From assembly GCA_033791505.1 (NCBI GenBank), contig JASJGO010000199.1, forward strand, positions 1 to 55,648: DNA of 55,648 nt, in the 5' to 3' direction. Below the pieces are notes generated by a model that saw only the letters and a list, made by a program, of their open reading frames with translations, made no database searches and was not told the DNA's origin. Of the stretch, positions 19,664 to 32,001 are shown piece after piece; position 1 is the first letter of the stretch; each line of letters opens with the position of its first letter. The stretch comes from Cycloclasticus sp. (GTDB taxonomy: Bacteria; Pseudomonadota; Gammaproteobacteria; Methylococcales; Cycloclasticaceae). Both the position numbers and the translations under genes were made by a program.

Positions 19664-20574
19664 ACTGAGGCTGGTAAAGGCTCCATATAAGAAATAGGAA
19701 AAGCGTCATTTTCTTCGAATACCACTTCTTCCCAGGCATCTTTTTGCGCGAGCAACTCCCTTAATAACTTATTATTAAGTTCGTGACCAGACTTATGACC
19801 TTTGAATTCGCCGATGAGACTGTGCCCTAATAAGTACAGATCACCTATTGCGTCTAAAATTTTATGTTTTACGAACTCATCTTTGTAACGCAAGCCATCT
19901 TCGTTGAGCACTCTAAAATCATCGACGACGATCGCGTTATCCATGCTGCCGCCTAGCGCCAGATTACGCTGACGAAGCATTTCAATGTCTTTCATGAAAC
20001 CAAACGTGCGCGCACGGCTAATTTCTTTAACGAATGAAGTTGAAGAAAAGTCGATAGTCGCTTCTTGAATACGTGATTTAAAAACAGGGTGCTCAAATTC
20101 AATGCTAAAGCCCACTTTAAACCCTTCAAACGGAGAAAAGCTCGCCCATTTATCATCGATTTCTACGCGTACTTCCTTTTTAATTCGTATATATCGCTTT
20201 GCCGCATTTTGCTCTTCTATTCCCGCCGACTGAAGAAGAAACACAAAGGGCCCAGCACTGCCATCCATAATCGGCACTTCAGCAGCGCTTAGATCAATAA
20301 AGATATTATCAATACCCAGACCTGCTATAGCAGAAAGCAAATGCTCTACAGTTGATACTCTGACGCCATCCTGGATTAGTGTCGTAGATAATTGCGTATC
20401 GCCGACGTTTTCAGCTTTGGCTGGGATAACAACAGGCTCATCAAAATCAACTCGCCTGAATACAATCCCAACATTTATTCCAGCAGGCCGTAGTGTTAAG
20501 TAGACCTTTTCGCCACTATGCAAGCCCACACCAGTAGCCCGAATCACATTTTTCAGCGTTCGTTGTTTAATCAT
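19660..20574 (-). CDS. lpxC: UDP-3-O-acyl-GlcNAc deacetylase
   Basis: [48 protein letters not shown]. Confidence 0.98.
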   Translation of the reverse strand: MIKQRTLKNVIRATGVGLHSGEKVYLTLRPAGINVGIVFRRVDFDEPVVIPAKAENVGDTQLSTTLIQDGVRVSTVEHLLSAIAGLGIDNIFIDLSAAEVPIMDGSAGPFVFLLQSAGIEEQNAAKRYIRIKKEVRVEIDDKWASFSPFEGFKVGFSIEFEHPVFKSRIQEATIDFSSTSFVKEISRARTFGFMKDIEMLRQRNLALGGSMDNAIVVDDFRVLNEDGLRYKDEFVKHKILDAIGDLYLLGHSLIGEFKGHKSGHELNNKLLRELLAQKDAWEEVVFEENDAFPISYMEPLPASV

Positions 20575-20738
20575 CTAAAGACTCCAAGCAGGTATTTTGT
20601 TATAAATATTATTATTTTTGTTATGCAATCGTAACACATCGTTCATATTTAACAAAAAAAACGCCTCTCAGTCTCTATCAGAAACCTCCTATGATTTTCC
20701 ATCATACTGATTATGTTAACTCGTATTAACTCATTCAA

Positions 20739-21911
20739 TTAATCAGCCTGTCTTCGTAGAAAGGCCGGTATATCAAGATAAGCTGGATCCATCGTATTTG
20801 TATCTGAGCCCATTACATTTTTTGCTGCCAGTTCGTTTTTATTTCCGCGCATAATCGTTGGTATATCATAATCTTCTTCAGACAAACCTTCGACATTAAC
20901 CGGCTCTCTTTTAACTTGGACTATTGGTGTTGCTGCTGATGATAATGTATGCGCTTTTTTACTCAGGCCAGTCGCTACAACTGTCACCCGCATTTCATCC
21001 GCCAGGTCCGGATCAATTACCGTGCCCACCACCACATTAGCCTCATCTGATGCAAATTCTCTTATACACTGACCTACTTCTTCAAATTCGCCAATTGACA
21101 TATCAAGTCCGGCGGTTATATTCACTAAAATACCTCTTGCACCCTGGACATTAATATCTTCCAGAAGTGGGCTGTGAATGGCCGCTTCAGCTGCTTCTCT
21201 AGCGCGTGACTGACCTCTTGCGCTACCTGTGCCCATCATTGCATCACCCATTTCAGACATCACCGTTCTTACGTCTGCGAAATCGACATTGATCAAACCT
21301 GGACGAGTTATTAGCTCTGCAATGCCCTGTACGGCGCCCAGCAAAACATCGTTAGCCGCTTTAAATGCATTTAATAAGCTCATTTCTTTGCCTAACACGT
21401 GCAACAGCTTTTCATTCGGTATGGTTATTAACGAATCTACGTGGTGACTTAGTTCTTCAATTCCTTGTTCTGCTATTAATTGGCGTTTTTTGCCTTCAAA
21501 TGGAAATGGTTTTGTTACCACAGCCACCGTCAATATGCCCATTTCTTTAGCAATTTCAGCCACGATTGGTGCTGCACCGGTGCCTGTTCCACCACCCATA
21601 CCGGCTGTTATAAATACCATATCTGAACCTCTAAGGATTTCCTGAATACGCTCTCTATCCTCCAATGCTGCTTGACGACCTACTTCTGGATTTGCCCCCG
21701 CACCCAAACCCTTTGTATGGTTATTTCCTAGTTGCAATACCGTTTTTACTATCGAATTTTTTAACGCTTGCGCATCAGTATTTGCACAAACAAATTCCAC
21801 CCCATCAATTGAACTACCTACCATGTGATTGACCGCGTTTCCACCACCGCCGCCAACGCCTATTACTTTAATTACTGCGTTTTGAGTATGCGCATCCATT
21901 AATTCAAACAT
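20739..21911 (-). CDS. ftsZ: Cell division GTPase FtsZ
   Basis: [27 protein letters not shown]-terminal [12 protein letters not shown]. Confidence 0.99.
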   Translation of the reverse strand: MFELMDAHTQNAVIKVIGVGGGGGNAVNHMVGSSIDGVEFVCANTDAQALKNSIVKTVLQLGNNHTKGLGAGANPEVGRQAALEDRERIQEILRGSDMVFITAGMGGGTGTGAAPIVAEIAKEMGILTVAVVTKPFPFEGKKRQLIAEQGIEELSHHVDSLITIPNEKLLHVLGKEMSLLNAFKAANDVLLGAVQGIAELITRPGLINVDFADVRTVMSEMGDAMMGTGSARGQSRAREAAEAAIHSPLLEDINVQGARGILVNITAGLDMSIGEFEEVGQCIREFASDEANVVVGTVIDPDLADEMRVTVVATGLSKKAHTLSSAATPIVQVKREPVNVEGLSEEDYDIPTIMRGNKNELAAKNVMGSDTNTMDPAYLDIPAFLRRQAD

Positions 21912-21950
21912 ATTATTCCCCTTATATTAATTTATCAAAAATCACTATCT

Positions 21951-23180
21951 TTAAAAATTACCCTGAAACCAGCTTTTCATCTTTTCCCACATCGCCTGAA
22001 AACCACCTGTCATTTCACTACCATTTACCACCTTATTTTGCTGCCCGAACAACAATAAACCTACGCCCGTTGCGTATATTGGATTTCGTACTACGTCGCT
22101 CAAGCCCGAAACAAATTGCGGGTAACCTATTCGAACGGGCATATGAAATACTTCCTCAGCTAGCTCGACCAGGCCCTCAACTTTGGCACTACCTCCGGTT
22201 AGTACAATGCCGGCGGCTACAATACCTTCAAACCCACTTCTCCTTAATTCTGCTTGAACTAGCATCATCAATTCTTCATAACGGGGCTCTATTATTTCTG
22301 CTAAATTTGCACGGGAAATTTTACGTGTTGGGCGGTCGCCAATACTCGGCACGTCTATCATTTCATCTTCTTGAACTAGCTGCGTGAGTGCGCAGGCATA
22401 CTTCAACTTAATTTCATCCGCATGTTGCGTGGGTGTTCTAAGCGCTACGGCGATATCATTCGTTACCTGATCGCCTGCGATCGGTATAACGGCTGTATGG
22501 CGGATAAAACCATCGCAAAATACCGCGATATCCGTTGTGCCACCACCGATATCTACCAGACAGACACCCAACTCTTTTTCGTCGTCCATTAAGACTGAAC
22601 TGCTCGACGCGAGTTGCTCCAGAATAATATCGTCCACCTCTAAGCCACACCTGCGCACGCATTTGATAATATTCTGTGCAGCACTAACGGCACCCGTCAC
22701 AATATGCACTTTTGCTTCTAGCCTGATACCTGCCATACCAACAGGTTCTTTAATACCTTCTTGTCCATCAATGATAAATTCTTGCGGCATAATATGAAGG
22801 ATTTTTTGATCCGCCGGTATCGCCACCGCTCTGGCAGAATCTATCACCCGTTCAATATCTGACGGAATAACTTCATTATCTCTAATCGCCACCACGCCGT
22901 TTGAATTCAAACTACTTATATGACTACCTGCAATACCAACGTACACCGAATGAATTTGGCAACCCGCCATTAATTCCGCTTCTTCAATCGCGCGTTGAAT
23001 CGAGTGCACCGTCGACTCAAGATTCACGACGACGCCCTTTTTCAATCCCCGTGAACGATTAGTTCCTATACCGATCACTTCAATATTTCCATCTGGCGTA
23101 ATTTCACCAACAATCGCCGCGACTTTTGAAGTGCCGATATCTAATCCAACAATTAAATTTTTATCGTTATTTTTTTTCAT
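21951..23180 (-). CDS. ftsA: Cell division protein FtsA
   Basis: GLDIGTSKV, VDIGGGTTD, VLTGG, C-terminal amphipathic MKSWFQGNF. Confidence 0.98.
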   Translation of the reverse strand: MKKNNDKNLIVGLDIGTSKVAAIVGEITPDGNIEVIGIGTNRSRGLKKGVVVNLESTVHSIQRAIEEAELMAGCQIHSVYVGIAGSHISSLNSNGVVAIRDNEVIPSDIERVIDSARAVAIPADQKILHIMPQEFIIDGQEGIKEPVGMAGIRLEAKVHIVTGAVSAAQNIIKCVRRCGLEVDDIILEQLASSSSVLMDDEKELGVCLVDIGGGTTDIAVFCDGFIRHTAVIPIAGDQVTNDIAVALRTPTQHADEIKLKYACALTQLVQEDEMIDVPSIGDRPTRKISRANLAEIIEPRYEELMMLVQAELRRSGFEGIVAAGIVLTGGSAKVEGLVELAEEVFHMPVRIGYPQFVSGLSDVVRNPIYATGVGLLLFGQQNKVVNGSEMTGGFQAMWEKMKSWFQGNF

Positions 23181-23218
23181 TTTTTCTGGCTTTCATTTTG
23201 CTGTTCTTTATTGATTAT

Positions 23219-23977
23219 TTATGACGCTTGATTCGCATTCTGTTTTCCTGATCCGTACCCTTCTTTCCATTCAACTGACACACCATTTGGGTAACGTAAA
23301 TCAAGCGCTTTTACTCGTTCCAGCAGTTTACCGTCGAGCGAAGCTAAAACCTTTATCGATTTACTGATTCTTCCTTTTGAGGTTAAACGCCCCGCTTTCA
23401 CCTTAATGCCATTACTCAACACCATCGTCCAGCTACCGTGCTCAGCTAAATTGAGCTCGTTTATCTCTAACGCCATCGCACTAAGAGATTCATTTATTGT
23501 TTGTTGTTCCGCCAGTACCTTTTTGCTATCGACATCAATGCCGGACAAGGCTGGTAATTTCTTTAATCCTTCGTTTAATGTCACGCTAAACAACTCGCCT
23601 TTGTTGTTCAGTAGTTTTACTTTGTTCCATACGGCAACTGGCGTTTGTTCCTTGATCGACAGCTCTATCGTATCGGGCCAGATTCTCCTTATCCGTGTTT
23701 CATACACCCAGCCAAGATCGGTTACTTTATTCACAATCGCGCGGCCATCCATCGCGAAATACCCTGTTTGCACGAGCTCACTCAACACCCCAGATACTTC
23801 CTCGTGTGACAAATTATTTAGCTCACCTTCAATACGGACTTGTTTGATGGGCATCGTGTCTGGCATAGTCAACCACTGTTGTAGTCGCCAAATTAGCAAA
23901 CCAATCAGCATCAGAAAAAGCAGCGCTTTTATCGATGTTATGTATGTCGCTAACGCGTCTACGACCAGGTCTTTCAC
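23219..23977 (-). CDS. ftsQ: Cell division protein FtsQ
   Basis: Single TM, POTRA domain (WV...IRRIWPD.I...E..P.A.W), DLRYPNG; lies between ddl and ftsA. Confidence 0.9.
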   Translation of the reverse strand: MKDLVVDALATYITSIKALLFLMLIGLLIWRLQQWLTMPDTMPIKQVRIEGELNNLSHEEVSGVLSELVQTGYFAMDGRAIVNKVTDLGWVYETRIRRIWPDTIELSIKEQTPVAVWNKVKLLNNKGELFSVTLNEGLKKLPALSGIDVDSKKVLAEQQTINESLSAMALEINELNLAEHGSWTMVLSNGIKVKAGRLTSKGRISKSIKVLASLDGKLLERVKALDLRYPNGVSVEWKEGYGSGKQNANQAS

Positions 23978-24918
23978 TTTGCCTCCTCGTTCGCCACTAA
24001 ACTAGTTTCTAATATTCGCCAAACCAGCCCTTTGAAGTCGATACCTGCCTGCTGCGCGGCCATCGGAACAAGACTATGGTCGGTCATACCTGGCACGGTG
24101 TTAATTTCTAAAAATTGCGCTACACCGGATGAGTCCATCATGATGTCTACTCTTCCCCAACCGTGTCCGCCTAATACTGCGAACGCCTTCAACGCTAAGG
24201 CTTTCAATTCTTCTTCTTGTTCAGCCGCTAAGCCACACGGGCAATGATATTGAGTCGTATTCAACTGATACTTTGCTTCGTAGTCGTAAAAATCGTTCGG
24301 CGTCTCTAGCTTAATAACGGGCAATGCAGCGTTGGCTAAAATCGCCACCGTATATTCATTTCCTGCAATCCATTGCTCGGCCATTACGTCACAATCGAAG
24401 CTCGACGCGTTTTTATAAGCAGCGTATAGTTGCGCGATATTGTCAGCCTTCGCCATACCAAGACTCGAGCCTTCTAACGCAGGCTTAATCATCAGCGGAA
24501 AACCTAATTTTTCTGCGCATAACTCGATATCAGAAGAACCTTTGAGCTCCATCCACGTTGGCGTAGAGATACCCGCGCCTAACCAACACAGTTTGCTCCT
24601 TAATTTATCCATACCCAACGCCGAACCCAGGACGCCACTGCCTGTATATGGAATACCGGCTAACTCAAGTGCGCCCTGTAATTGCCCATCTTCACCACCT
24701 CGGCCGTGCAACATATTGAATACGCGGTCCACGCCGAGCTCGCTTAATTCATTTAAACTTCTTTTTTGCGTATCAAACTCTATCGCATCGACGCCTTGTT
24801 CTTTTAGCGCTAATAGCACTGCTTTGCCGCTAATCAATGAAATTTCGCGTTCTGCGGCGTTACCGCCTAAGGCGACGGCTACTTTGCCAAATTGATTTGG
24901 GTCTTGGACTAAGCTCAT
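23974..24918 (-). CDS. ddlB: D-alanine--D-alanine ligase
   Basis: EREISL.SG, LHGRGGEDG, KPALEGSS, FYDYEAKY, EINTVPGMT.HSLVP. Confidence 0.96.
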   Translation of the reverse strand: MSLVQDPNQFGKVAVALGGNAAEREISLISGKAVLLALKEQGVDAIEFDTQKRSLNELSELGVDRVFNMLHGRGGEDGQLQGALELAGIPYTGSGVLGSALGMDKLRSKLCWLGAGISTPTWMELKGSSDIELCAEKLGFPLMIKPALEGSSLGMAKADNIAQLYAAYKNASSFDCDVMAEQWIAGNEYTVAILANAALPVIKLETPNDFYDYEAKYQLNTTQYHCPCGLAAEQEEELKALALKAFAVLGGHGWGRVDIMMDSSGVAQFLEINTVPGMTDHSLVPMAAQQAGIDFKGLVWRILETSLVANEEAK

Positions 24919-25823
24919 GCTTCTAGTTCCTCACCAATAATTCGAACTTCTGTTTGCAACTCAACGCCCTGCATTTCCAACACCGTAGCTTTTACCAGCC
25001 CAATCAGGCTCTCGATATCTTTTGCCGTGGCGTTCCCCGTATTTAAGATAAAGTTCGCGTGCTTCTCTGCGACTTGCGCACCACCTATTCGCCGACCTTT
25101 TAAAGCAGAGGCTTCGATTAAACGTGCCGCATGGTCTCCCGGTGGGTTTTTAAACACCGATCCTCCACTAGGTATATTCGTTGGCTGGCTTTGTGAACGT
25201 TTCGCCAATAATTGACGAATTTTTTCTCTACCTTCTTTGTCTTTGGCCGTTGGAAGGGTCAAATAACAGGCGACAAACCACTCGTCTTTTGCGATGGAAA
25301 CCGAACGATAAGCTACATCGAAACTAGCCGCATCGCGCTCGATCAATTCACCCTGCCGATTAATTACTATCACCCTGTTAACTAAATTCCACGTTTCACC
25401 GCCAAAGGCACCCGCATTCATTGCCAGCGCTCCGCCCATCGTGCCTGGAATTCCAGCTAGAAACTCTGCATCAGCCAGACCTTTTTCTACCGCTAATTTT
25501 GCAACGTGAGCACACGGTACGCCGACCTCTACGTATAGCTCATTCAATGAAACGTCGTTCAGTTGTTTTAAGCAGCCACGTGTATAAATAACCGAACCTC
25601 GCAAGCCGCCATCTCGAATCAGCACATTACTGCCTAAACCAAGCCAGAAAACTGGCTCATCAACCGCTAATGATCGCAAGTAGCACTGGGTATCTTCAAT
25701 ACTGGCAGGCTTATATAGGCGATCCGCCAAACCACCTACTCGCCAGGAGGTATAACGAGCCAACGGCTCCTTCTCCATCAGTGTTCCAGTGAGTTGATTG
25801 CTTGTCTGTTTCATCGCTTGCAT
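24915..25823 (-). CDS. murB: UDP-N-acetylenolpyruvoylglucosamine reductase
   Basis: TSWRVGG, GLGSNVL, GIPGTMGGALAMNAGA, GSVFKNP, KHANF, L..EV. Confidence 0.96.
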   Translation of the reverse strand: MQAMKQTSNQLTGTLMEKEPLARYTSWRVGGLADRLYKPASIEDTQCYLRSLAVDEPVFWLGLGSNVLIRDGGLRGSVIYTRGCLKQLNDVSLNELYVEVGVPCAHVAKLAVEKGLADAEFLAGIPGTMGGALAMNAGAFGGETWNLVNRVIVINRQGELIERDAASFDVAYRSVSIAKDEWFVACYLTLPTAKDKEGREKIRQLLAKRSQSQPTNIPSGGSVFKNPPGDHAARLIEASALKGRRIGGAQVAEKHANFILNTGNATAKDIESLIGLVKATVLEMQGVELQTEVRIIGEELEA

Positions 25824-25828
25824 TTTCC

Positions 25829-27286
25829 CTATTGATCCGTCTGTTCTGTAGCCATAAGAGCCGTCATCTGGGCTTCTAATTTTGCCGATGCCGCGCCAAT
25901 ATCTCCCGCGCCCAAGGTCATAACAATATCGCCCGGCAACACAACCTCGACCAAAATATTGGCTAGCTGATCTATCTCTTTAACAAAAATTGGGATCAAC
26001 TTTCCGCGCTGGCGAATGGCCTGACTTAAAGCCGGTCCATCTGAACCAATAATTCGCTGTTCCCCCGCGGCATAAACATCCAATAACACCAATACATCGG
26101 TTTCATTTAATACATCTACAAAGTCTTCAAATAAATCGCGCGTTCTTGAATACCGGTGTGGTTGAAACGCCAGTACTAGTCGCTTATCTGGCCAGCCTTC
26201 GCGTACCGCTTTAATGGTAGCTATCACTTCGCGGGGATGGTGGGCATAATCATCCACTAATAACGCGTTACCACCATGAAGCTGAATTTCTCCATTGACT
26301 TGAAAACGCCGCCCAACGCCCTTAAAGTGATTCAACGCAGTAGCAATCGACTCATCAGACACACCCAGCTCACTAGCGACTGCGATAGCGGCCAGCGCAT
26401 TTAAAACGTTATGCTTGCCTGGCATATTTAATGTAACGGCAAGCAAATCGTCTTTGCCCAAACGTTTTAATTTGAAACGCGTACGAAGGCCCTCTTGTTG
26501 AATATCGAGTGCTTGAAAATCCGCCTCAACATCGATGCCATAACTCATGACAGGTTTGCCAATTAACGGCGCTAATTCTCGAATATTTTCATCATCAACA
26601 CAGACCACCGCCAGACCATAAAATGGCAACTGGTGTAAAAACGACTTAAAAGCGTCTTTGACTTGCTGAAAGTCGCCGCCATACGTGCTCATATGATCTT
26701 CATCAATATTTGTAACGACCGCTATCATCGGCTGCAGGTGCAAGAATGACGCATCACTTTCATCCGCTTCGGCTACCAGGTAATGACTTTCGCCTAACTT
26801 TGCATTCGTTCCCGCGCTATTGAGCAGCCCGCCAATCACAAAAGTTGGATCTAGGCCGCCTTCAGTCATCAAAACCGCTAATAAACTCGTCGTTGTCGTC
26901 TTTCCGTGCGTACCGGCAATGGCAATTCCAAACCTGAAACGCATAAGTTCAGCGAGCATTTCGGCTCGACGTATCACTGGGATTCGCTGCTCAAGCGCTG
27001 CAATAACTTCTACGTTATCTTTATTAACGGCGGTCGACGTCACCACAACATCACAGCTACTTATATTCTCTGTGGCGTGCCCTATATAAACCGTCGCACC
27101 TTGTGCAACCAGGTGCTTCGTCACTTCACTTTCGCGAATATCTGAGCCAGATACTTGATAACCAAGGTTAATTAACACTTCCGCAATACCGCTCATTCCG
27201 GCGCCACCGATACCAATAAAATGAATTTTATTCAGTTTGCCAAAGCCGAGGTGGGCGGAGTAATGTTTATGTGAATTAGGCATCAT
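25829..27286 (-). CDS. murC: UDP-N-acetylmuramate--L-alanine ligase
   Basis: [35 protein letters not shown]; start placed at the ATG overlapping the murG stop. Confidence 0.97.
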   Translation of the reverse strand: MMPNSHKHYSAHLGFGKLNKIHFIGIGGAGMSGIAEVLINLGYQVSGSDIRESEVTKHLVAQGATVYIGHATENISSCDVVVTSTAVNKDNVEVIAALEQRIPVIRRAEMLAELMRFRFGIAIAGTHGKTTTTSLLAVLMTEGGLDPTFVIGGLLNSAGTNAKLGESHYLVAEADESDASFLHLQPMIAVVTNIDEDHMSTYGGDFQQVKDAFKSFLHQLPFYGLAVVCVDDENIRELAPLIGKPVMSYGIDVEADFQALDIQQEGLRTRFKLKRLGKDDLLAVTLNMPGKHNVLNALAAIAVASELGVSDESIATALNHFKGVGRRFQVNGEIQLHGGNALLVDDYAHHPREVIATIKAVREGWPDKRLVLAFQPHRYSRTRDLFEDFVDVLNETDVLVLLDVYAAGEQRIIGSDGPALSQAIRQRGKLIPIFVKEIDQLANILVEVVLPGDIVMTLGAGDIGAASAKLEAQMTALMATEQTDQ

Positions 27287-28344
27287 AACGCCACCTCCAA
27301 ACAAATATCGGCTACTAACTGGGCCGCTTCTGGTTTCGCTAATGAACGCGCTTTCAAGCCCATTTCAGCCAATTTATCAGGCTGAGACAATAAGCTTTTA
27401 AGACTCTCTGACAAGGCCTGCGGCGTTAATTCTGACTGCCGCATAAGCACTGCTGCGCCTTGATCAACAAGATACGTAGCGTTTTTCGTTTGATGATCAT
27501 CAATCGCCTGCGGCAAGGGCACCAAAATTGAAGGTAAACCCATCATGGCCAATTCAGAAATAGTCATCGCGCCCGCTCTGCAAATAACGATATCCGCCCA
27601 TTGATAGACGCCCTTCATATCTTCTATAAACGGATAAATATCGGCCCTGACCTGTGCCTTCTGATAAGCCACTTCAGCCCTGTCAATAGTCGCTTTACCC
27701 GCCTGATGAATTATTTCAAGATCGTAATCTGCCTGTACCTCTTTCAAAGCAACAGGCACGATCTCATTTAATATTGATGCGCCCAGGCTACCACCGATAA
27801 CCAGGACCCTTTTTGCGGTATTTTTTCTCTCCGCCATCTCATCGATCAGCCCTTTACGCACCGGGTTACCGGTGAATATCGCGTCTGCGGCCTGTTCAAA
27901 GCTATTAGGAAAAGCTTCCAGCACGCGCGTTGCTATGCGCCTCAATAAATTATTAGTGGTTCCTGGTACGCGGTTTTGCTCGTGAATAACCAAAGGTTTT
28001 CCGTGCACCCAGCTCATCAGTCCACCTGGCCCTGAAGCGAAGCCGCCCAAACCTAGCACCACGTCTGGTTGGCGTTGGCGGATAATGCTAGATGCCTGCC
28101 AACACGCTTTTATTAACATATACGGCGATACTAACAGGCTAAATAAATTCTTTCCGCGAAGTCCAGAAACGCTTAACCAGTCAATAGGGAAGCCAGCCTC
28201 AGGCACTAAACGCGCTTCGATGCCTTTTTTAGTACCTAGCCAAGTCACCATATGGCCGGCATCTCGCAACCGATACGCAACGGCTAACGCTGGGAATACG
28301 TGCCCGCCCGTGCCGCCGGCCATGATCATTATGCGTACTGCCAC
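27283..28344 (-). CDS. murG: Lipid II GlcNAc transferase
   Basis: [37 protein letters not shown]. Confidence 0.97.
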   Translation of the reverse strand: MAVRIMIMAGGTGGHVFPALAVAYRLRDAGHMVTWLGTKKGIEARLVPEAGFPIDWLSVSGLRGKNLFSLLVSPYMLIKACWQASSIIRQRQPDVVLGLGGFASGPGGLMSWVHGKPLVIHEQNRVPGTTNNLLRRIATRVLEAFPNSFEQAADAIFTGNPVRKGLIDEMAERKNTAKRVLVIGGSLGASILNEIVPVALKEVQADYDLEIIHQAGKATIDRAEVAYQKAQVRADIYPFIEDMKGVYQWADIVICRAGAMTISELAMMGLPSILVPLPQAIDDHQTKNATYLVDQGAAVLMRQSELTPQALSESLKSLLSQPDKLAEMGLKARSLAKPEAAQLVADICLEVAL

Positions 28345-29528
28345 GGTGACTTTCCTTTTATCTGATCTTCAAAATCCAGCTTCGTTTCATGATGTATACG
28401 GCACAGCAGACCAATTACGATACACATGGTAATCATGCTACTGCCGCCATAACTCATCAGCGGTAACGTTAGACCCTTGGTAGGCAATGCACCCATATTA
28501 ACGGCGATGTTCACGAATGATTGCAGCCCAATCCATACGCCTAAGCCATACGCTAATAATGAATAAAACCTCAAGTTCAATCGCTCTGCCGCTTTACCCA
28601 TTTGAAAAGCGCGCCACACGAGTAGGCCAAATAACAAAATCACCGTACAGGCACCGATAAAACCAAGCTCTTCGCCCAGCACGGCGAAAATAAAATCGGT
28701 ATGCGCTTCAGGCAAATAAAACAGTTTTTGAATACTACTACCCAACCCAACGCCAAACCATTCACCTCGACCCATGGCGATAAGTGATTGCACCAACTGA
28801 AAGCCGGAGCCCAGATGATCAGCCCAGGGGTCCATAAACGCCGTTACGCGCTCCATCCTGTAAGCCGATGAGACAATAGCGACGACGCCTAAAATAATAG
28901 CCATTAATACGAGCGTGGCGAATTCGATCAAACGCGCTCCGCCTAAAAACATCATGCACACTACGCTAAAACCAATTACAAAAGCTGCACCAAAATCCGG
29001 TTCCGCCAGCAATAAGCCAAACACCAGACCTAACGGCAAGATGGGGCGGATAACGCCTTTAATAGATTCACGCACGTCATCCACATGCCTGGTTAAAAAG
29101 CCGGCGATATAGATGATGCAGATTAATTTCACGATTTCTGATACCTGGAAACGTGTTACGCCTAAGTTAATCCAGCGATAACTGCCGTTAACTTTTACCC
29201 CGATACCCGGAATAAACACCAGAACCAGTAAGCCAATCGCAACTAAAATCAAGCTGGGGCCACTTTGCTCCCATACTTTTAATGGAATAGTCGCCATTAA
29301 AAACGCCATAATAATGCCGACAGCAATATGTCCGGCTTGACGAAGCGGATAGTGCCAAATATTATCAAACACCTTTTCACCCAGGTGCAAAGAAGCTGAC
29401 ACCACCATGATATAACCAATCAACACTAAACTTGAGGCTGCAAATAACAACCAGCCATCCAGGTAATAACGCCCACGACGTGGCGTCATCACGGAGTCAA
29501 CTGAGCCTGACATCGTCGAGCTCATCAT
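28329..29528 (-). CDS. ftsW: SEDS peptidoglycan polymerase FtsW
   Basis: NGSYRWI, QVSE..K, EPDFG, LPEAHTDFIF..GEELG, PTKGLTLPLMSYGGSS. Confidence 0.96.
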   Translation of the reverse strand: MMSSTMSGSVDSVMTPRRGRYYLDGWLLFAASSLVLIGYIMVVSASLHLGEKVFDNIWHYPLRQAGHIAVGIIMAFLMATIPLKVWEQSGPSLILVAIGLLVLVFIPGIGVKVNGSYRWINLGVTRFQVSEIVKLICIIYIAGFLTRHVDDVRESIKGVIRPILPLGLVFGLLLAEPDFGAAFVIGFSVVCMMFLGGARLIEFATLVLMAIILGVVAIVSSAYRMERVTAFMDPWADHLGSGFQLVQSLIAMGRGEWFGVGLGSSIQKLFYLPEAHTDFIFAVLGEELGFIGACTVILLFGLLVWRAFQMGKAAERLNLRFYSLLAYGLGVWIGLQSFVNIAVNMGALPTKGLTLPLMSYGGSSMITMCIVIGLLCRIHHETKLDFEDQIKGKSPWQYA

Positions 29529-30919
29529 TTCAACGCCTCTATAGCGGCTACAAATCTATCACCACGCTGTTGGTAATTTAAAAACTGGTCTAATGACGCA
29601 CAAGCCGGTGACAATAAAACCGTATCGCCCTTTATTGCTTGTTCGGCTGCCTTTTTTACCGCTTGCTCAATACTGTCTACTAAGACAAAAGGCGTTGATT
29701 CAATCGCCTCCTGCTGAAACCTTTTTGCGTCTTTACCTATTAAAATCACCAGCGAAACGTATTTTTTAATTGCTTCGGCCAGCAAACTGAAGTCCGCTCC
29801 TTTTCCATCTCCACCTGCAATAAGAATAATAGGCGGCTGCAAACCTTCCAGCGCAGCCAAACAAGCGCCTGGGTTGGTCGCCTTAGAGTCATTTATCCAC
29901 GTTACGCCTTCAATTTCTGCCGCCCATTGAGTTCTATGCGGCAAACCTGGAAATGCCTTTAATGCGCGCTTTTGTGCCAACCTAGGAACTTGCAAAGCAT
30001 CTGCCATTGCTATCGCCGCTAATGCATTTTGAATATTGTGAGCGCCTTTTATTTTAAGCTCTGCCGAGCCGATAATCGCCTCGGCCCCTCTGGCTAAAAA
30101 GGTTTTCTCATCCATCGATACAAGACCGTAGTCACTGAAGCCTGGTTTATCCAAAGCAAACGAAACCGCCTGTCGCCCTACCGGAAGAACCATTGATTTA
30201 ACTACCTCATCCTGCCGGTTCAATACCGCTATTCCTTCGCCATAAAAAATTCGTTCTTTCGCTCCAGAATAAGCAGCCAAATTTTCATAACGATCCATAT
30301 GGTCATCGCTGATATTAAGCACCGTTACTACGCTAGCTTTTAGCTGTGACGTTCTTTCCAGTTGAAAGCTTGATAACTCGAGTACGTATAGGTCTGCCAC
30401 ACGATCGGTCAACAAATCTAGCGCCGGTGTCCCCAGGTTGCCACCCACGCGTACATCCCAGCCTGCTTTACTCGCCATTTCGCCCAACAGGGTTGTTACC
30501 GTGCTTTTTCCGTTGGAACCGGTTATACAAGCCACCGGTGCATCCGCACAAACGGCAAACACGTCTATATCACCAAAAACAGGAATTCCACGCGCCGCCG
30601 CCACTTGAATTTCCTTTTCATCCAGACTCACGCCTGGGCTAACAATAATATGCGTAGCGGCGTCGAATGCCGCGCGATCAAAACCACCCATAAATACCGC
30701 GATATCGCGAAAATCACCTTCCAGAGCTCGTAAGCTGGGAGGGTTGTCGCGACTATCTACTACCGCCACTTCAATGTGATTTTGTTGCATAAATTTAATA
30801 ACAGATAAGCCCGTTACTCCTAGCCCTACCACCAACACACGAGCGTCCGCCTGATCCAACCCCAAACGGGTTAAACCTTGACGTTGTTTTATAAATTCGC
30901 TGTGCATCGACGCTTCCAT
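29525..30919 (-). CDS. murD: UDP-MurNAc-L-Ala--D-glutamate ligase
   Basis: VVGLGVTG, ITGSNGKST, ELSSFQLE, DHMDRY, NDSKATN, SPACASLDQF; start moved to the ATG coupled to the mraY stop (TAATG), 30907 also possible. Confidence 0.95.
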   Translation of the reverse strand: MEASMHSEFIKQRQGLTRLGLDQADARVLVVGLGVTGLSVIKFMQQNHIEVAVVDSRDNPPSLRALEGDFRDIAVFMGGFDRAAFDAATHIIVSPGVSLDEKEIQVAAARGIPVFGDIDVFAVCADAPVACITGSNGKSTVTTLLGEMASKAGWDVRVGGNLGTPALDLLTDRVADLYVLELSSFQLERTSQLKASVVTVLNISDDHMDRYENLAAYSGAKERIFYGEGIAVLNRQDEVVKSMVLPVGRQAVSFALDKPGFSDYGLVSMDEKTFLARGAEAIIGSAELKIKGAHNIQNALAAIAMADALQVPRLAQKRALKAFPGLPHRTQWAAEIEGVTWINDSKATNPGACLAALEGLQPPIILIAGGDGKGADFSLLAEAIKKYVSLVILIGKDAKRFQQEAIESTPFVLVDSIEQAVKKAAEQAIKGDTVLLSPACASLDQFLNYQQRGDRFVAAIEALK

Positions 30920-32001
30920 TACCTTAGTTTTAAAGTTGACAAACCAATCAGCACTAAAATAACGGTGATAATCCAAAAACGAACAATGATTCTTGGTTCA
31001 GGCCAACCCTTTAGTTCGAAGTGATGATGAATAGGGGCCATTCTAAAAATCCGCTTCCCAGTTAACTTAAACGAAGCCACCTGAAGTATTACCGACACCG
31101 TTTCCATAACGAAAACACCGCCCATTATGACCAATACCAATTCCTGCCGAACCAGTACGGCTAATATGCCTAACGCGGCACCTAAGGCCAGGGCGCCAAC
31201 ATCACCCATAAACACCATCGCGGGATAGGCGTTGAACCATAAAAAACCCATACCCGAACCAACGATCGCTCCACAAAACACCACCAATTCGCCGGTGCCT
31301 TTTAAATTAGGTATACCTAGATATTGAGCGAACTGCACATTGCCGGACAAATACGCAAAAATACCCAGCGCTCCTGCCACCAGTACCGTTGGCATAATCG
31401 CCAGTCCATCTAAACCATCGGTCAAATTAACCGCGTTACTGGTACCTACTATGACAAAGTACGTCAGCGGGACAAACAACCAGCCGAGCTGCACGCTTAC
31501 ATCTTTAAAAAACGGTACAAATAACGTCGTTTCTAACGGTGAAGTCGCGGTATAAAACAAAAACAACGCCGCGCTTAACGCTATAACCGATTGCCCTAAA
31601 TACTTCTTGCCGGCAGATAAACCCTTTGGGTCCTGCAAGGCCACTTTTTTATAGTCATCAATAAAACCAATCACCCCGGTGAGTAAAGTCACCAGTAGCA
31701 CCACCCAAACGTAGCGGTTATTTAGATCCGCCCATAGCAGGGTACTAAGTCCTACCGCCACCAAAATCAGCGTTCCACCCATCGTCGGTGTACCCGCTTT
31801 TTTGAAATGCGTTTCCGGCCCGTCATTACGAACCGCCTGCCCTATCTTATGGAATGTTAAGCGGCGAATCATCGCGGGACCGACGAGAAAGGCTATAAAC
31901 AATGCCGTTAAGGTGCCCAAAATTGAGCGCATCGTCAGATACTGGAAAACCCTGAATCCACTTTCATACTGGGAAAGCCATTCTGCGAGCATTAGCAACA
32001 T
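30919..32001 (-). CDS. mraY: Phospho-MurNAc-pentapeptide transferase
   Basis: [41 protein letters not shown]. Confidence 0.98.
   Translation of the reverse strand: MLLMLAEWLSQYESGFRVFQYLTMRSILGTLTALFIAFLVGPAMIRRLTFHKIGQAVRNDGPETHFKKAGTPTMGGTLILVAVGLSTLLWADLNNRYVWVVLLVTLLTGVIGFIDDYKKVALQDPKGLSAGKKYLGQSVIALSAALFLFYTATSPLETTLFVPFFKDVSVQLGWLFVPLTYFVIVGTSNAVNLTDGLDGLAIMPTVLVAGALGIFAYLSGNVQFAQYLGIPNLKGTGELVVFCGAIVGSGMGFLWFNAYPAMVFMGDVGALALGAALGILAVLVRQELVLVIMGGVFVMETVSVILQVASFKLTGKRIFRMAPIHHHFELKGWPEPRIIVRFWIITVILVLIGLSTLKLR

Noticed and set aside
30920-30976. Long murD/mraY overlap implied by the ORF track
   Set aside because: Artefact of taking the most upstream start; the coupled ATG at 30919 removes it
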